A stretch of 61,609 nucleotides of DNA from Dendrobates tinctorius (Eukaryota). Made by a program: the position numbers and the translations under genes. The stretch's first letter is position 1. Every line of letters begins with the position of its first letter. The stretch lies in NCBI RefSeq assembly GCF_039654945.1, contig NW_027361677.1:4838392-4900000 (forward strand), read 5' to 3'. Under the pieces are notes generated by a model that was given only the letters and a program-made list of their open reading frames with translations, was not told the DNA's origin and did not search any database. This document shows positions 49,135-61,609 of the stretch, piece by piece.

Positions 49135-50179
49135 AACGGGACTTTGCGCTTATTTATTTCTTCTTATATGGCCATTACTGCTGCTATTTGAGGAGATGTT
49201 CGGTGCATCTGCTGCAGGGACAATGTAGAATATTAAGTGTCAATTCTTAGATTTTCATTTTTAACATGACAGTCGTCATATGTACAAGGAATATCATTAT
49301 CTTGGTGTTTTCTCCTTGGGGGAAAAAAAATGCGCCATCTTGTGCGGTAAGTAAGCTGCAGGTCAGCGTCAATACGCAATCTAAGGTTGACAGCGTGGAC
49401 CTAAACAATGGGCTATGTTGGATGGAAAGCAAATAGGCAGAACAGGACACATTGTAAGCTTAAGAGCCACACATGCAGACAAACACAGAAGCTTTAGATG
49501 TAAAGTAGACCAGGAATCGTGGCAGCGTAATGTGAAGAAGTCCAAATACCAGTTTGTTATGCTCACAGCGGATGAAGAGTTAAACAGCAGGTCAGAAAGT
49601 AAATACAAGAGGTTGCAGAAGCCACAGGAGTTTGCAAAGATGTTTTCAGTGTAATGTGCGGAGACTAAGTCAGACCAAGGGCTAATCAGCAAGTCTGAGG
49701 AGCAGTAGATTCATTTTGTAGAAATCACTGGAGTTTGCAGAGATGATTACAGTGTAATGTAATTTCCCATTACAAACCCCTAATTATATACCGACCACCT
49801 AAAGATACTTGACCACTAAACCCCTGGCAGTGGACCCATCACCAGTTTGAGTATGTTAATCCATTTTGGGCATATGATGAACCCGTTTGTCAAATTTTCC
49901 CACAAATCGCTCTGCCGACAAGCCATAACGATTTGTCAGGCAATCCATCCATGTATTGTAACTAACAGCTGTGAAACAAATAGCTGTGGGAATTCTGAAC
50001 ATGTCACTCGCACACCTGCAATACTCGGTGCATACCCGAGCCCACTCGGCAAACTCGAGTAATGAGTACATGCGCTCGTCACTCCATATAACCTGTGCCC
50101 ACTGGTAGTGGAGATCCGGCTGTCACAGCCATGGGTGATCGCAGGACTTAGAAGGCTAGGAGATGCAGGGGGCTTCTCC

Positions 50180-50602
50180 AACCCAATCTATAAAAGTGTC
50201 ACACTATGTAACCCCGACAATTAACACTGTAAGAAAATAAAGTGGCCAAAACTTTTTTTTCATCACCAAAAAAGTGGAATAACACAGTTGTATTTATTTA
50301 GAAATGGTATAGCTGAAAGCGTCTGCTTTCCCCCTAAACAAGCTTTCATACAGCTCTCAGTGGAAAAATAAAAAAAAGCTATAGCTGTCAGAATAAGGCC
50401 ATGCAAAAACAATTTTTTTTTTCTAAAAAATTGTTTTTGTGTAAAAGCATCAAACATTAAAAAAAAATATGTATTTTTTTAGACTATAAAATGCACCCCA
50501 AACTTTGGGAAGGAAAAATGTAATATTAAAATAGAGGTCCGTCTTAGAGTCCGAATTTAGCTTACTGGGATTTAGCCAAAATCTAAATGTGTATGCGCCG
50601 CC

Positions 50603-50636
<34 letters not shown>

Positions 50637-52160
50637 CCCAGCGCTGGGATATCAGTGTATATTGACTTAAAGTTCGAAAAAGACAGTAAGTGTGTCATCA
50701 CTGCATTCATATTGACCCAAAGAATAAAGCTGTCTGATCACTAATACGAAACGGCGACTGGTGGGAAAGAAACCATTCCTCCATTGATGGCTTTTCTTCA
50801 TTTTCTCTCCCAAACAGCGGAATGGAAAGCGATTTAAAAATGTTTTGTGCCCAAAAATGATGCCAATAAAAAGTCTAAGTCGTGCAACTAAAAACAAGCC
50901 CTCACATCACTCTGCCAGCAGTAAGGGTTTGTTTCCACGGTCAGTAAACGCTGCGGGTTGGATGCTGCGTAAAGCCGCAGCGGCCAGATTTTACAGCATA
51001 GTGGAGGGGATTTTATGAAATCCCATCTCCACTATGCGCGCATGGACACCCGCGGCTTCCCTGCGTAACCGGACATGCGACACGTCTTCCAAGACCACAG
51101 AATGTCTTTATCTTGCGGAGATGGTCAGTCTCTGCCAGATCAATATCACAGTCCAATGTGTAGGATGCGGTGTTTGCGCATGGTTCAGTGACCACATGCG
51201 GAATCACCGTGCATACAAAAGCTGGCAGTGCGTCCATAGCGCTGCCAATCCTGACCATGGAAACATACCCTTAAATAAAATGTTGCCTTCAAAATATGGT
51301 GATGTAAAAAATAGCTTTTAGTGCGAGTGTAGCCAAACGTAAAAAGACTGTATAAATGTGGTATCACTTTACTTGTAGTGACCTGAAGAATAAATCTGTG
51401 GTATCCCTTATAACCAATTCTTCACCTGCTATTGATCTGATCATTCTGCCTCCCAAAGATCGCAGTAAGGCTTGCCTCATATTTATCCTGCACTCTATGC
51501 TGAGCGCTTACACTAGGGTTTCCATGAACATCTCTGAAACACGTGATTCAGACAAATTTCAAGATGGAAAATTCACGTTAATGAGTCAGGTTGCATCACT
51601 TTGAACTCCCATCTGGTCTGTGATCCAACAGTTTCCGTTCCTGTCGCACAACATTTTAGGCATTCCCAAAATGCTACCAATAAAAGCTTCAACCCAATAA
51701 AAAAAGCCCTCGCTCAGGTCTGTCATATGTAAACAGAAATATAGGGGTTTTCCACAATATTTGTAGCACATAGTCTCTGGAAAAGCACCGTGGCTCCATC
51801 ACCTAAAAGAAATCTATCAAAATCTGTGCACCCAAATCCAAACCCCCCCTTCTTTCTGAGCCCCACGATGCCTAATCCTCATTTCGCATCCACATTTGGC
51901 AATACTGTAGCAATGAGGCTGTTTAATTTACAGGGTGCTTGTCTCCAGGAGCCCGAACTAGGCATAATATATGGGCACTACTATGTACTGGGCACTACAA
52001 TGGCAGTTTGCAATTTCACTCAGCAATATCCGCTGCTGCTGATTTCTGCCCATGCAGTCAAAATCGTCACTACACCTGTAGATAAATTCCTATAGGGGTG
52101 TAATTTCCAAAATAGGGTCACTTGAGGGGGGGATTCTGCTCTTCTGGCACTTAGGTTCCC
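50180..52160. mobile_element. Degenerate non-autonomous DNA transposon-like repeats (family also at 16860-17430, 55780-55980, 61435-61609)
   Basis: AT-rich, non-coding, with shared motifs such as AAAACAAGCCCTCA / TGAGGGCTTGTTTT; a MITE is nested at ~50924-51273. Confidence 0.45.
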
Positions 52161-53477
52161 TGTGTAACTCTAGTCACCACTCACAGGTAAGTCGTGAGGC
52201 TGGATTGTTAAGAGTCCTGCGGTCAAAGCCAAGAGAGTACATCATAGTCTGAAAACAGCCCAAGGTCAATAGTCCAAGAAGTTGGGCTGCACAGTGGCTC
52301 TGCGGTTAGGGTTCATGGTGGCTTCAAATCCCACCAAGGACAATATCTGCAAGGAGTTTGTATGTTCTCCCCGTGTTTGCGTGGGTTTCCACCGGTTCTC
52401 TGGTTTCTTCCCATTCTCAAAATATTTCATAAGCGTTTTTTATTGTTTTACTAAAGAAAGCACTATCGTTTTTTCAAGCAAAATTGCTCAAAAACACACC
52501 TGGACATCTTTTGAGCTTCCCCATTGACCTCTAATATAAAGTATAGCGCGTTTTCAGAGTGGAAAATGCCTGAAGAATGGTCCACTCATTTCTTTAAACC
52601 GCTTGGCGTATTTGGAAACCAGAAAAGACTGAATATGAACAGCATGTCATTTTTTAAGTACGTAGAAATGCCTATGTTGTTTTTTTTTGTTTGTTTTTTT
52701 ATTTAGCGTTTAGCTAGTGATTTTTCAGGTGGTTTTCACTGCAGAGTCCTGAAAAAGACATCAAGTGCAAGTATGCGAAGGGTGAAGTCCCACCCTGGAA
52801 ATCTTTGCTTCAACTGAAAATCAATTCCATTGATCTGAATGGGGTTATTTCTGATGAATGGGGCAGAAATAGAAATTTCTGCATTAAAATCCACAGCAAA
52901 TTTAACGCCTGTGATGTTATAGGTGAGGTGCAGTTTAAACTGCTTCAGATAACGGCACACGGATTTATGGTGGGCTGCTGCAATGTGGTTTCTTCAGGTG
53001 AAACACAATTGTTTCCCACGTTCCGCTTGCAACGGCATAGAAAACTAATAGAACCAGATGCAGTTTTTCAACTGCACTTGAACCATAATATCTATAGCTA
53101 CCGTAAATTGACCGTATCTCATCTTGTCTAAAACCTCCCCTTTGTACACAATAGACACCAATCTCTCCCTTGCCCCCACACACAGGAACGATTACCTTGG
53201 GCTTCACGCTTGTGCTCTCCATGGGACAACGCTTCTGTTTTATCCATAGAGAACTAAAAGATCGGCCATCAGAAATCCAACATGTTGGATCCTATTCACC
53301 CCCCCCCCCCCCAACACAATCTGTAATGGGAGAGCATTGGGAGGCCCCAATATAAATTAGGATTTTGGCCGATATCAGTAGGTTTGGTCCAATCTGTATG
53401 GATGCCTTAATGTCACATTTAGACATGCCAATTGCTGTCGTTTACGATCGTTAGCGTGATCGTTCTGTGCACATATG

Positions 53478-54271
53478 TGTTATGAATGAGTCACCGTAGG
53501 AGGCAAAAACAGAAATATTAGCTAAGTCCAGAAAACCAGAGAAGTTGGCAGCTATCGGATTGCAGACCCCTGAACCTAACAACAACAACTAGCAGTAGCC
53601 GTGAGGGGTTCCTATGGTGCCCTAGACCCCTCGATCACAGCCGGAGAACTACATAGCCTAAAGACAGAAAGGGAAATCTAAACTGCCCCAGAGCAGACCC
53701 CAAAGCAATAGGCAGCCCCCAACATATAATGACGGTGAAGCAAGATGAAAAAACACAGATAGAAAGATAGGCTGAGCAAATGATGGGGCCCAAGCTAACT
53801 AAATAGGACAGAATAGAAAAGCTGCTGTCTGCAATACGCCAAAACCCTCTCAAAAACAAGAGCCAACAGACTGATAGGGGAAAAAAGCCCTGAAGACGCT
53901 AGGCTTCAAAAAGACTATATCAGTACTCAGGTATTTTCTGAAGACAGAGCAAAAAGGAATTCAGCTCACCCAGCAGGGAAAGGCAGAAATCCAGAAAAAC
54001 AAGGCAAAACAAAACCAAAACACAAATGCAAAAAGTAGAGCAGAAAACTTAGCTTTTGAGGAGCAGGAATCAGACTGGTCTCCAAGAATCCCTCAGAGTA
54101 ATCACCTGCAAGGCAGAAGGGCGTCGGCTGCCTTATATCCAGTCAGCAATTCCAGTCACCCAGTCATCATCATTCTGCTCAGGTGCTTTGTAATCAGCCT
54201 CACTACCTTCCTTCACCAGAAGAGGGAGTTCATCAGACCTCAATGGTGAAGGGGAAAATGAACTCCCAACA
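53478..54271 (-). mobile_element. Solo LTR family A, copy 3 (TSD CATATG)
   Basis: CATATG-TGTTATGAATG...CTCCCAACA-CATATG. Confidence 0.8.
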
Positions 54272-55044
54272 CATATGATATTGTTGTAATCAGCCGCTCA
54301 TCACTTGTCTACATGACGTGTTTTGCTCCTGTTTAGACACCAGAAGTTGGGGAACAATCGTTTGCCTGTATAAATAGACCTTAATGCCGCTTTAAATTTC
54401 TGACGCCCTTTTATCAAGCCAACGTGAAAATACAATGTTAGCTCTTGATGCTGTGAGTCCTGGTAACATAAATCAGATTATACCGTCACAATGAATTGGA
54501 AATGGAATTTGGCCAAACCGAAGGTCGTAGGCAGGGTAACTTCACTGCTGAAGGAAGATGACGTCCAGATTCTACGGACTCAGAACAAACAGTAGTAAAC
54601 TATGTTACACCCCTGTGACTGCAATAAAGGGCAAGCACAAATGAACTACCAGAAACATAATATAATGAATAAATATGGTGCATAATGCACCCAGTTTTGT
54701 ATCCTCTCCCGTTTTCAGCAGCGCACCGCTCCCCTGCCTTCCTGTTTTCCGAGGGGCATTGCTCCCCTAATAATGGACAGTTCATACCAGTGGCGTAGTT
54801 GTACCACTGGCCTAGTTGTACCACTGGCCTGGACGGTGCTCTCTCAGATACAAACAGACAGGCCATTGTGTTGTAAGTAATTTATACTTTTTGGGTGTAA
54901 ACTACTGTACTTTGTAAATGTGGTCCACTTATACCTGAGGTGTGAAAAATGCAGTAGTTCTCTTCAATGTCTTTGTTTCAACATATATATGAAAATGATA
55001 TTCAATATTCTCATAATAAGACTATAATCTTACAAAATCTCTGA

Positions 55045-55775
55045 CTTTGTGCAAGTGTACACCAAGATTGGCAGAGTCAACAGTGGTGCCCTGTGCGCTT
55101 CACAGATGAGAGCAGATTCACACTGAGCACATGTGACAGAGTCTGGAGACGCCGCAGAGAACGTTCTGCCTGCAAAATCCACCGGTTTGGTAGTGGATCA
55201 GTAATGGCGTGGGGTGGCATTTCTATGGAAGGCCGCACAGCCCCCTCCATGTGCTCACCAGAGGTACCCTGACTGCCATTAGGTACGGGGATGAGATCCT
55301 CAGACCCATAGTGAGACCATATGCAGGTGCAGTATGCCCTGGGTTCCTTCTGATGCATGACAATGCTAGGCCTCGTGGCTGAAGAGTGTCAGCGTTCCTA
55401 CATGATGAAGGCATTGATGTTGTGGACTGGTCCGCCCATTCCCCAGACCTGAATCCAGTCAAACATCTGGGACATCATGTCTCATTCCATCCACCAACGC
55501 CATGTTGCACCACAGACTGTCCAGGAGTTAACTGACGCTTGAATCCAGATCTGGGCGTAGATCCCTCAGGAGAACATCTGTGGCCTCATCGGGAGCATGC
55601 CCAGGAATTGTAGGGAAGTCATATAGGTACGTGGAGGCCACACACACAGCTGAGCATCATTTCTTTGTCTTGAGGCATTTCCACTGAAGTTGGATCAGCC
55701 TGTAATTTGATTTTCCACTTTGATTTTGAGTATCATTCCAAATCCAGATCTCCATGGGATATTCATTTTGATTTA
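55045..55775 (+). pseudogene. Degenerate Tc1 transposase 3' half
   Basis: FTDESRF, FGSGSVMAWGGI, LMHDNARP and SPDLNP remnants across frames. Confidence 0.75.
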
Positions 55776-58566
55776 CCCCCAAGGGTGGTTTGCACGTTCA
55801 TGACCGGGTCAATTTTTACAATTATGACCACTGTTCCTTTATGAGGTAATAGCTATGAAGTGCTTCCATGGATCCCGGTGATTCTGACATTGTTTTCTCA
55901 TGAGATATTGTACTTCATGTTAGTGGTAAAATTTCATTGATATAACTTGCGTTTATTTGTGAAAAAAATGGAAATTTGGCGAAGCCCATGAGGCAATTGC
56001 CCGGTGAAGTTAGAGCCTCGGAGACCACATTGGGTGTACCCTCCCAGATGCCGACATACCCCATAGAAGTCCATGGAGGCCACTTTTGTGCTCCCCCTGT
56101 TGACGTGTGGTGGCCATGCAGCCTGTGAGGCACATCGGTGCCCGGGCAGAGGTAAGACTCCTCAGAGGACCCTTTCGGAATCCCTCCCTGTTGAGCCCAG
56201 GACGCCGGTCACCGTTTGGGCCATGGAAGAAGCAATACCTGCAGGAATGTGGCTAGCGGCGTGATCGCTCCCTACAGGTGAAATCCGGCACAGGTATGGA
56301 GGAGGTGGTGACCGGACGGCATGGTAGCCAGGGGTGGTTCAGTGTTGTCGCCCCCTCTGGACAGGTCCAGGTATGGAGGGGGCGGCAGTACTGGGTGTCA
56401 TGGAGGTCGGGTGTCAGAAGAACGAGGGAAAAAAAAAAGCCGGGTGCGCACCGGAAGTTACGCGTCCGATAGTGACTGTACTCACACACATACCGGAAGC
56501 TGCGGGACAGAAGACAAGCACCAGGAACTGGCCAGAGAAACTCCCCGAGCGCAAGGGGGAGCGCGCACCCCCGGGGGAAAGGTCGGCGCGCTCCGGGCAC
56601 ATGCACCAAGAGGAGTTCAGAGCACACCGGTAATGGTTACTGGGGGTGCGCACAAGCCGGGCATAGTGCGCATGCAGGGGATGAGATACAGAAAGCACAT
56701 GCAAGCGGCAGGTGCAGGATCAACCAGGTAATCAAAAAGAAAAAAAAAAATATTTTTTTTTGTTTGGGGTATTGCTGTCAGAAGTGCTGGCATGGGACAC
56801 CAGCCATTATAGGTTGAATGTGACTGCTCTCATTAGGAACAGCAGCGGCTAAGCAGCTGGTTAGATTGAGGGCCATTCGCCAGAGCACTTACAGCCGCAT
56901 CAGGAGGTGCAGGAGTGGCGGTCTCGCTCCGATGAGAAGAGTCAGACGCGCATAACTGCAGAGGAAGCCGCTCAGACAGCAAATGGGCGGAACATTATGG
57001 TTTTGAAAAAGGAGGGGTCCATAGTCTCGACGAGAGACAGTGAACAGACCAGGCAGCCTCCAGATCCGGTACCCGTTCTGTGACGCGTCCGTGTGGTAAG
57101 TGAGCTTCGAGAAAGTCCAGCACGATAATGTCTGTTCTCTTTCTCTCTTGTCTCCTCTCTCCCCTCTTTTTACATACATTGGGCGGGTAGATCAGTGGAG
57201 GTCCCTAAAAAGGGGATAAAGCAAAAGCTAAGAATAAGGAATATTCCTTATGCAAAAAAGTCCCTTAGGAATAAGAGGTTGTGTCAGGCCTGTATTGATA
57301 AAACAGTAGTGGAGGAGACACCCTCTTTACTGAGAGCCTAAGATCCCTGATCTAGTCAGAAGTCTGTAAATCAGTAAGGGACTTGCAGTCAACGGACACG
57401 GATGGTAAAGCAAGGGATAGGCCAGCCCCGCATTGATCCCTCAGGAGGACTCTACAGGGATCAGAGGAGGACTCAGTTAAATCTCGCTACTGAGAAAGTA
57501 GCTCAGATGAGAAAGATACGTTCCTAGTAGAGGATACAGTACTGACAAGCTTATTAAAGCAGTCCGACCTACCATGGGGCTGGTAGATGCGAAAGCCATA
57601 GAACTCATGTTCGACAGCTTGCTATAAGGAAAACGGAGAGCCTTCCCTATTCACTAACAGTTGCAAGGACTCATTAAAAGGGAATGGGAAAACCCAGAGA
57701 GGAAGTCCCAGATAATCCCCTGAAAAGGAGGTACCCCTTTATGGAAGAGACATCCTCATCCTGGGATGAGGCTTCCACCCGTTCTCCGTCCCTGATGCAG
57801 ATAGTCACCGGCCCTTTTAGGCTGAAGGTGACTGTTCTCGTCAGAGGGCTTCCGCTAAGTAGCTTGAGGCCAGATCATGACTGGCAGAACACCAGTCCCG
57901 CTCATTATCGGCCCTACATATCCGAGGGGTAGACAACATGAAGGCAGAATGTCTGAGTAGGAACCACTTGAGGCAAGGAGAATGGTACCTAAAAGAATCC
58001 ATTTTTCAACGGATAGGGCACATGTGGGGAAAACCCAGTATAAATCTCTCCGCCTCAAAAAAGCCAACAGGAAGGTTCAGAAATTCTGCTCCCTAAGTCC
58101 AACAGACAGACCATTGGCAGTAGACGCCTTCAGGATAGAGTGGACATCAGGTCTCCTGTACGCCTTCCCTCCAATATGCCTCATATCAGCGGTTCTGAGG
58201 AAGATCAGGGATGACAGGGCCAGAGTGATTTTGATAACCCCCTTTTTTTGGCCGATAAGGCCATGGTTCTATTGGCTGAGAGTTATGTCAGTGACAGAGG
58301 TCTAGGGCCTTCTAACACAGAGTCCCTTCAATCACCCTCAGAGATCCGGGCTTCAGTTGGCAACCTGGAATTTGAAAGGTCACTACTAGAGAAAAAGGGA
58401 TTCTCAGCAGCGTTACTATCCACCTTACTCAGAAGCAGAGAACCAGTGACTACAAAAAATTTGTAGGAGGATATGTAAAAAATTCTTATCTACCTCAGAC
58501 CCAAAACAGGAAGGGAAAGCCCCGATGGTGGCAATACTGGAATTTCTGCAGAAAGGTTTAGGATTA

Positions 58567-59510
58567 GGCTGAGTTCACACGTGGCGTTTTTTGCGCGTTT
58601 CCGCGGCGGTTTTAACCGCGCGATTTTGCCGCGAAAACGCGAAAAATAAGCATCCCATGCATTCCTATGGGATTCCGCAATGCTGTGCTAATGCTGCGGT
58701 TTTTACCGCGGCGGAATCGCTTTGCGGTAAAAACCGCAGCATGCTCATAAATTTGCGGAATCGCGGCGATCCTGCACCCATAGGAATGCATTGTTCCGCT
58801 TACTTCCCGCATGTGGCTGTGCACACCATGCGAAAAGTAAGCAGAACAATTGCGGATGGTACCCACGGTCCGGAGGAGAGGAGACTGTCCTCCGGGCTTT
58901 GGGTACCATATCCCTGTAAAAAATAGAATCTAAAATAAAAAATATTGTTATTCTCACCCTCCGACGTCCCGTGCAGTCTTCCCGCTTCTCTCCACGCTCC
59001 CGTTCCCAGTAATCCTTTGCGAAAATGCCCGCGATGGCGTCCTCTCTCGCGGGATCGCGAAGTCTAGCGGTCATTCGCGCGACGTCATCGCGAATTACCG
59101 CGAGACATCGCGATCCCGCGAGAACGGACGTCATCGCGTGCATTTTCGCAAAGGATTACTGGGAACGGATGCGCGGGACGTTGGAGGGTAAGAATAACAC
59201 CATTTTTTATTTTTTTTTTACATTTTATCTTTTACTACTGATGCTGCATAGGTGGCCTCAGTAGTAAAAAGTTGGTCACACTCGTTAAACACTATGTTTG
59301 ACGAGTGTGACCAACCTGTCAGTCAGTTCTCCAAGTGATGCTACAGATCGCTTGGAAAACGCTAGCATTTTGCAAGCTAAATACGCTTGCAAAATGCTAG
59401 TTTTTCCGCGGGAAAATCGCGGGAATTTAAAATGCGATTTTCCCACGGACTGGAATTCCGGAACTCTCGCGGTAATTTCCGCGAGAGTTCCGGTACGTGT
59501 GCACTTAGCC
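58567..59510. mobile_element. Harbinger MITE family B, copy 2, inserted in the DIRS YR ORF
   Basis: TTA-GGCTGAGTTCACACGT...ACGTGTGCACTTAGCC-TAA; the flanks rejoin as FLQKGL..GLAVSTLKVHVSAL. Confidence 0.9.
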
Positions 59511-60226
59511 TAAGGGTTAGCTGTCAGTACCCTCAAAGTACACGTCTCAGCCCTGGTAGCCTTATTCAACTGCGACCAGGCAAACAATAGGTTGGTGGCC
59601 AGGTTTATCCAGGCCTGTACTAGAACTGACTATGTCCAGTCCTCTACTCCTCCTCCTTGGGATCTAAATTTAGTCCTGTCATCTCAGACAGAGTCAGTTG
59701 GAACCATGAAAACACAACATTAGATAAGGATTCTAACATTAAACAGCCTTATAAATGGAGCTCACGGCCAGTAGGTTGAGGATTTTCTCACGTTATCAAC
59801 AAGACCCTCCCTAGAGTCAGGCCATAGATGATAGAGTTGTGTTAAAATTAGATCCAGCATACCTTCCCAAGGTGATATCAAAATTCCATAGGGCTCAGGA
59901 GATAATCTTACCATCTCTTTTGTCCTGACCCTAACTACCAGAAGGAGGAGAGGCTTCATTGCCTAGATATGAGGAGATGTCTCCTGCGGTATTTAGAGGT
60001 AACAAGACCTTGGAGAAAACAGAAGGCCTTATTTGTCTCATTCCAAGGGGCAAGGAGGGGCCTTAAAAGCCTCTAAACAGACTATAGCTAGATGAGTGAG
60101 AAAGGCCATTATGCCAGTATAGAGCGGTGCAGGCAGGGCTATTCCAGAAGGCATAAAAGCCCACTCCGCGAGGGCCATGACACCCTGGATGAAGAGAGCA
60201 GACGCTGCCATAGACCAAATCTGTAA

Positions 60227-60920
60227 GGCTACTTTCACACATCCGTTTTTTTAAATCCGGCACGATGCGACGAAAATTGGATCCGGTTTTTTCACATAGA
60301 ATGTAATGATCGCCGCATCGTGCCGGAGGGACATGCGGCGCCTCCGGGTTTTGCCGGATACGGCAAACATGCGCCTTCCGGCGTCTGCAAAAATCGTTGG
60401 CTGCAACGTTTTTTTTGCAGCGCTGGACCGGCTTTTTCAACAGCGCATGCCCGGGCACTGTGAGTTTTAACCCCACAAGTGCCCGGCGCGCATCACTCTC
60501 TCTCCCCCTCCCCTTCTCTCTCTCCATACGCTTTATACCTTTCTTTTGCTGGCTCTCTCGTCCCCCGCTGTCTCTCTGGCTGCTCTTTCGTCCCCCGCTG
60601 TCTCTCTGGCTGCTCTCTCGTCCCCCGCTGTCTCTCTGGCTGCTCTCTTATCCCCTGCTGTCTCTCTGGCTGCTCTCTTGTCCCCCACTCTCTCTTTGAC
60701 TGCTCTCTCGTCCCCCGCTGTCTCTCTGGCTGCTCTCTCGCCTCCCGATCTCTCTCCGGCTGGCTCTCTCATCCCCCGGTGCTGCGGCTCCTTTAAATGT
60801 CCTCCAAGCCGCATCAGGCGCCACATGTACATCCGGTGTCACCGCTGCAGGCCGGATCCGGCGTCCCGGCTTTTCGCCGCACGCCGCCGGACCCCTGACA
60901 CCAGATGTCTGAAAGAGGCC
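60227..60920. mobile_element. Harbinger MITE (TAA TSD) containing a 30-bp tandem array, inserted in DIRS YR
   Basis: TAA-GGCTACTTTCACACATC...GATGTCTGAAAGAGGCC-TAA; CTGTCTCTCTGGCTGCTCTCTCGTCCCCCG x ~7 at 60548-60780; the flanks rejoin as IDQICK|AASWS. Confidence 0.85.
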
Positions 60921-61609
60921 TAAGGCGGCCTCTTGGTCCGCTCCATCTACCTTTGTCAGATATTATAGGTTAAACCTATTTGCTACCTCTGATCTCACAT
61001 TCGGGAGAAGAGTGTTACAAGCAGTAATCCCTCCCTAGGAGAATACAAATCTCTGTAACTCTCTCGTGGTCCCGTCATGTAGAATGGAAAAACACGAGTA
61101 TTACATACCTGGTAATGTGTTTTTTTCATGAGACATGACGGCACCCTTATATTCCCTCCCTATGGATCACATCATTAGTGGGATGCATTATTAGCATTAT
61201 ACATTCCCTTGGGTGATTGGAAATTTAGTAGTGTAAAGGATGTATTATTTATATGTACACTAACCTGCGGAGTTCCTCTCGTGCTCTGTAAAACAACTGA
61301 TGCGGAGAGAGGAGCTGCCCCTTTTATCTTGAAGGTTTCCTGTCCTTGTTGGGAGGATCCCCTCTCTCATAGTGCCGTCATGTCTCATGAAAAAAACACA
61401 TTACCAGGTATGTAATACCCGTGCTTTTTCCACAAACATGATCTTTAGTCTTCAATTTGTTTTTATTTTCCCAAGGGTAACAGGAGAAATTGGACCCCAA
61501 AAGTTGTTGTCCAATTTGTCCTGAGTACACTGATACCCCATATGTGGGATAAAACTACTGTACGGGCACATGTCGGGGCTCGGAAGGGAAGTGGTGACGT
61601 TTTGGAATG

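Larger units (their letters stand above)
56770..61428 (+). mobile_element. Decayed DIRS1-type tyrosine-recombinase retrotransposon
   Basis: gag-like remnants; RNase H tail (IRGVDNMKAECLSR); MT-domain peptide (VDAFRIEWTSGLLYAFPPICLISAVLRKIR); YR motifs KAHSARA and SWSAPSTFVRYYRL...FGRRVLQA; terminal inverted repeats ~61089-61145 / 61372-61428. Confidence 0.8.

Noticed and set aside
55981-56730. GC-rich block with several ORFs
   Set aside because: Looks like an LTR-element fragment; no recognisable domain, TSD or splice structure.
60397-60923. Low-complexity ORFs (LSSPAVSLAA / ERAARETAGD)
   Set aside because: Products of a 30-bp tandem array inside a MITE.

Overview
Vertebrate genomic DNA, almost certainly from a frog (inferred from the repeat repertoire: T2/Kolobok TTAA-MITEs, Harbinger TWA-MITEs, DIRS, sushi-type chromovirus, V-SINE-like SINEs). 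It contains two complete spliced protein-coding genes in head-to-head orientation. TRADD lies on the minus strand (4 coding exons, 23447->18190, 303 aa) and PDCD2L on the plus strand (7 coding exons, 45331->49134, 345 aa). They probably share a CpG-rich bidirectional promoter at ~43.6-45.3 kb. The rest is mostly transposable elements: Tc1/mariner elements of three catalytic classes (DD36E Incomer-type with an intact ORF, DD38E Intruder-type, and DD34E), a fold-back Tc1 derivative, a chromodomain Gypsy element with a 5-bp TSD and a PEG10-like -1 frameshift signal, three solo LTRs of one family, a decayed DIRS tyrosine-recombinase retrotransposon, many palindromic MITEs and several tandem arrays. 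I found no CRISPR, rRNA or tRNA genes and no clearly new protein system. The most interesting signals are non-coding or structural. Coordinates were read by eye and may be off by a few bases.
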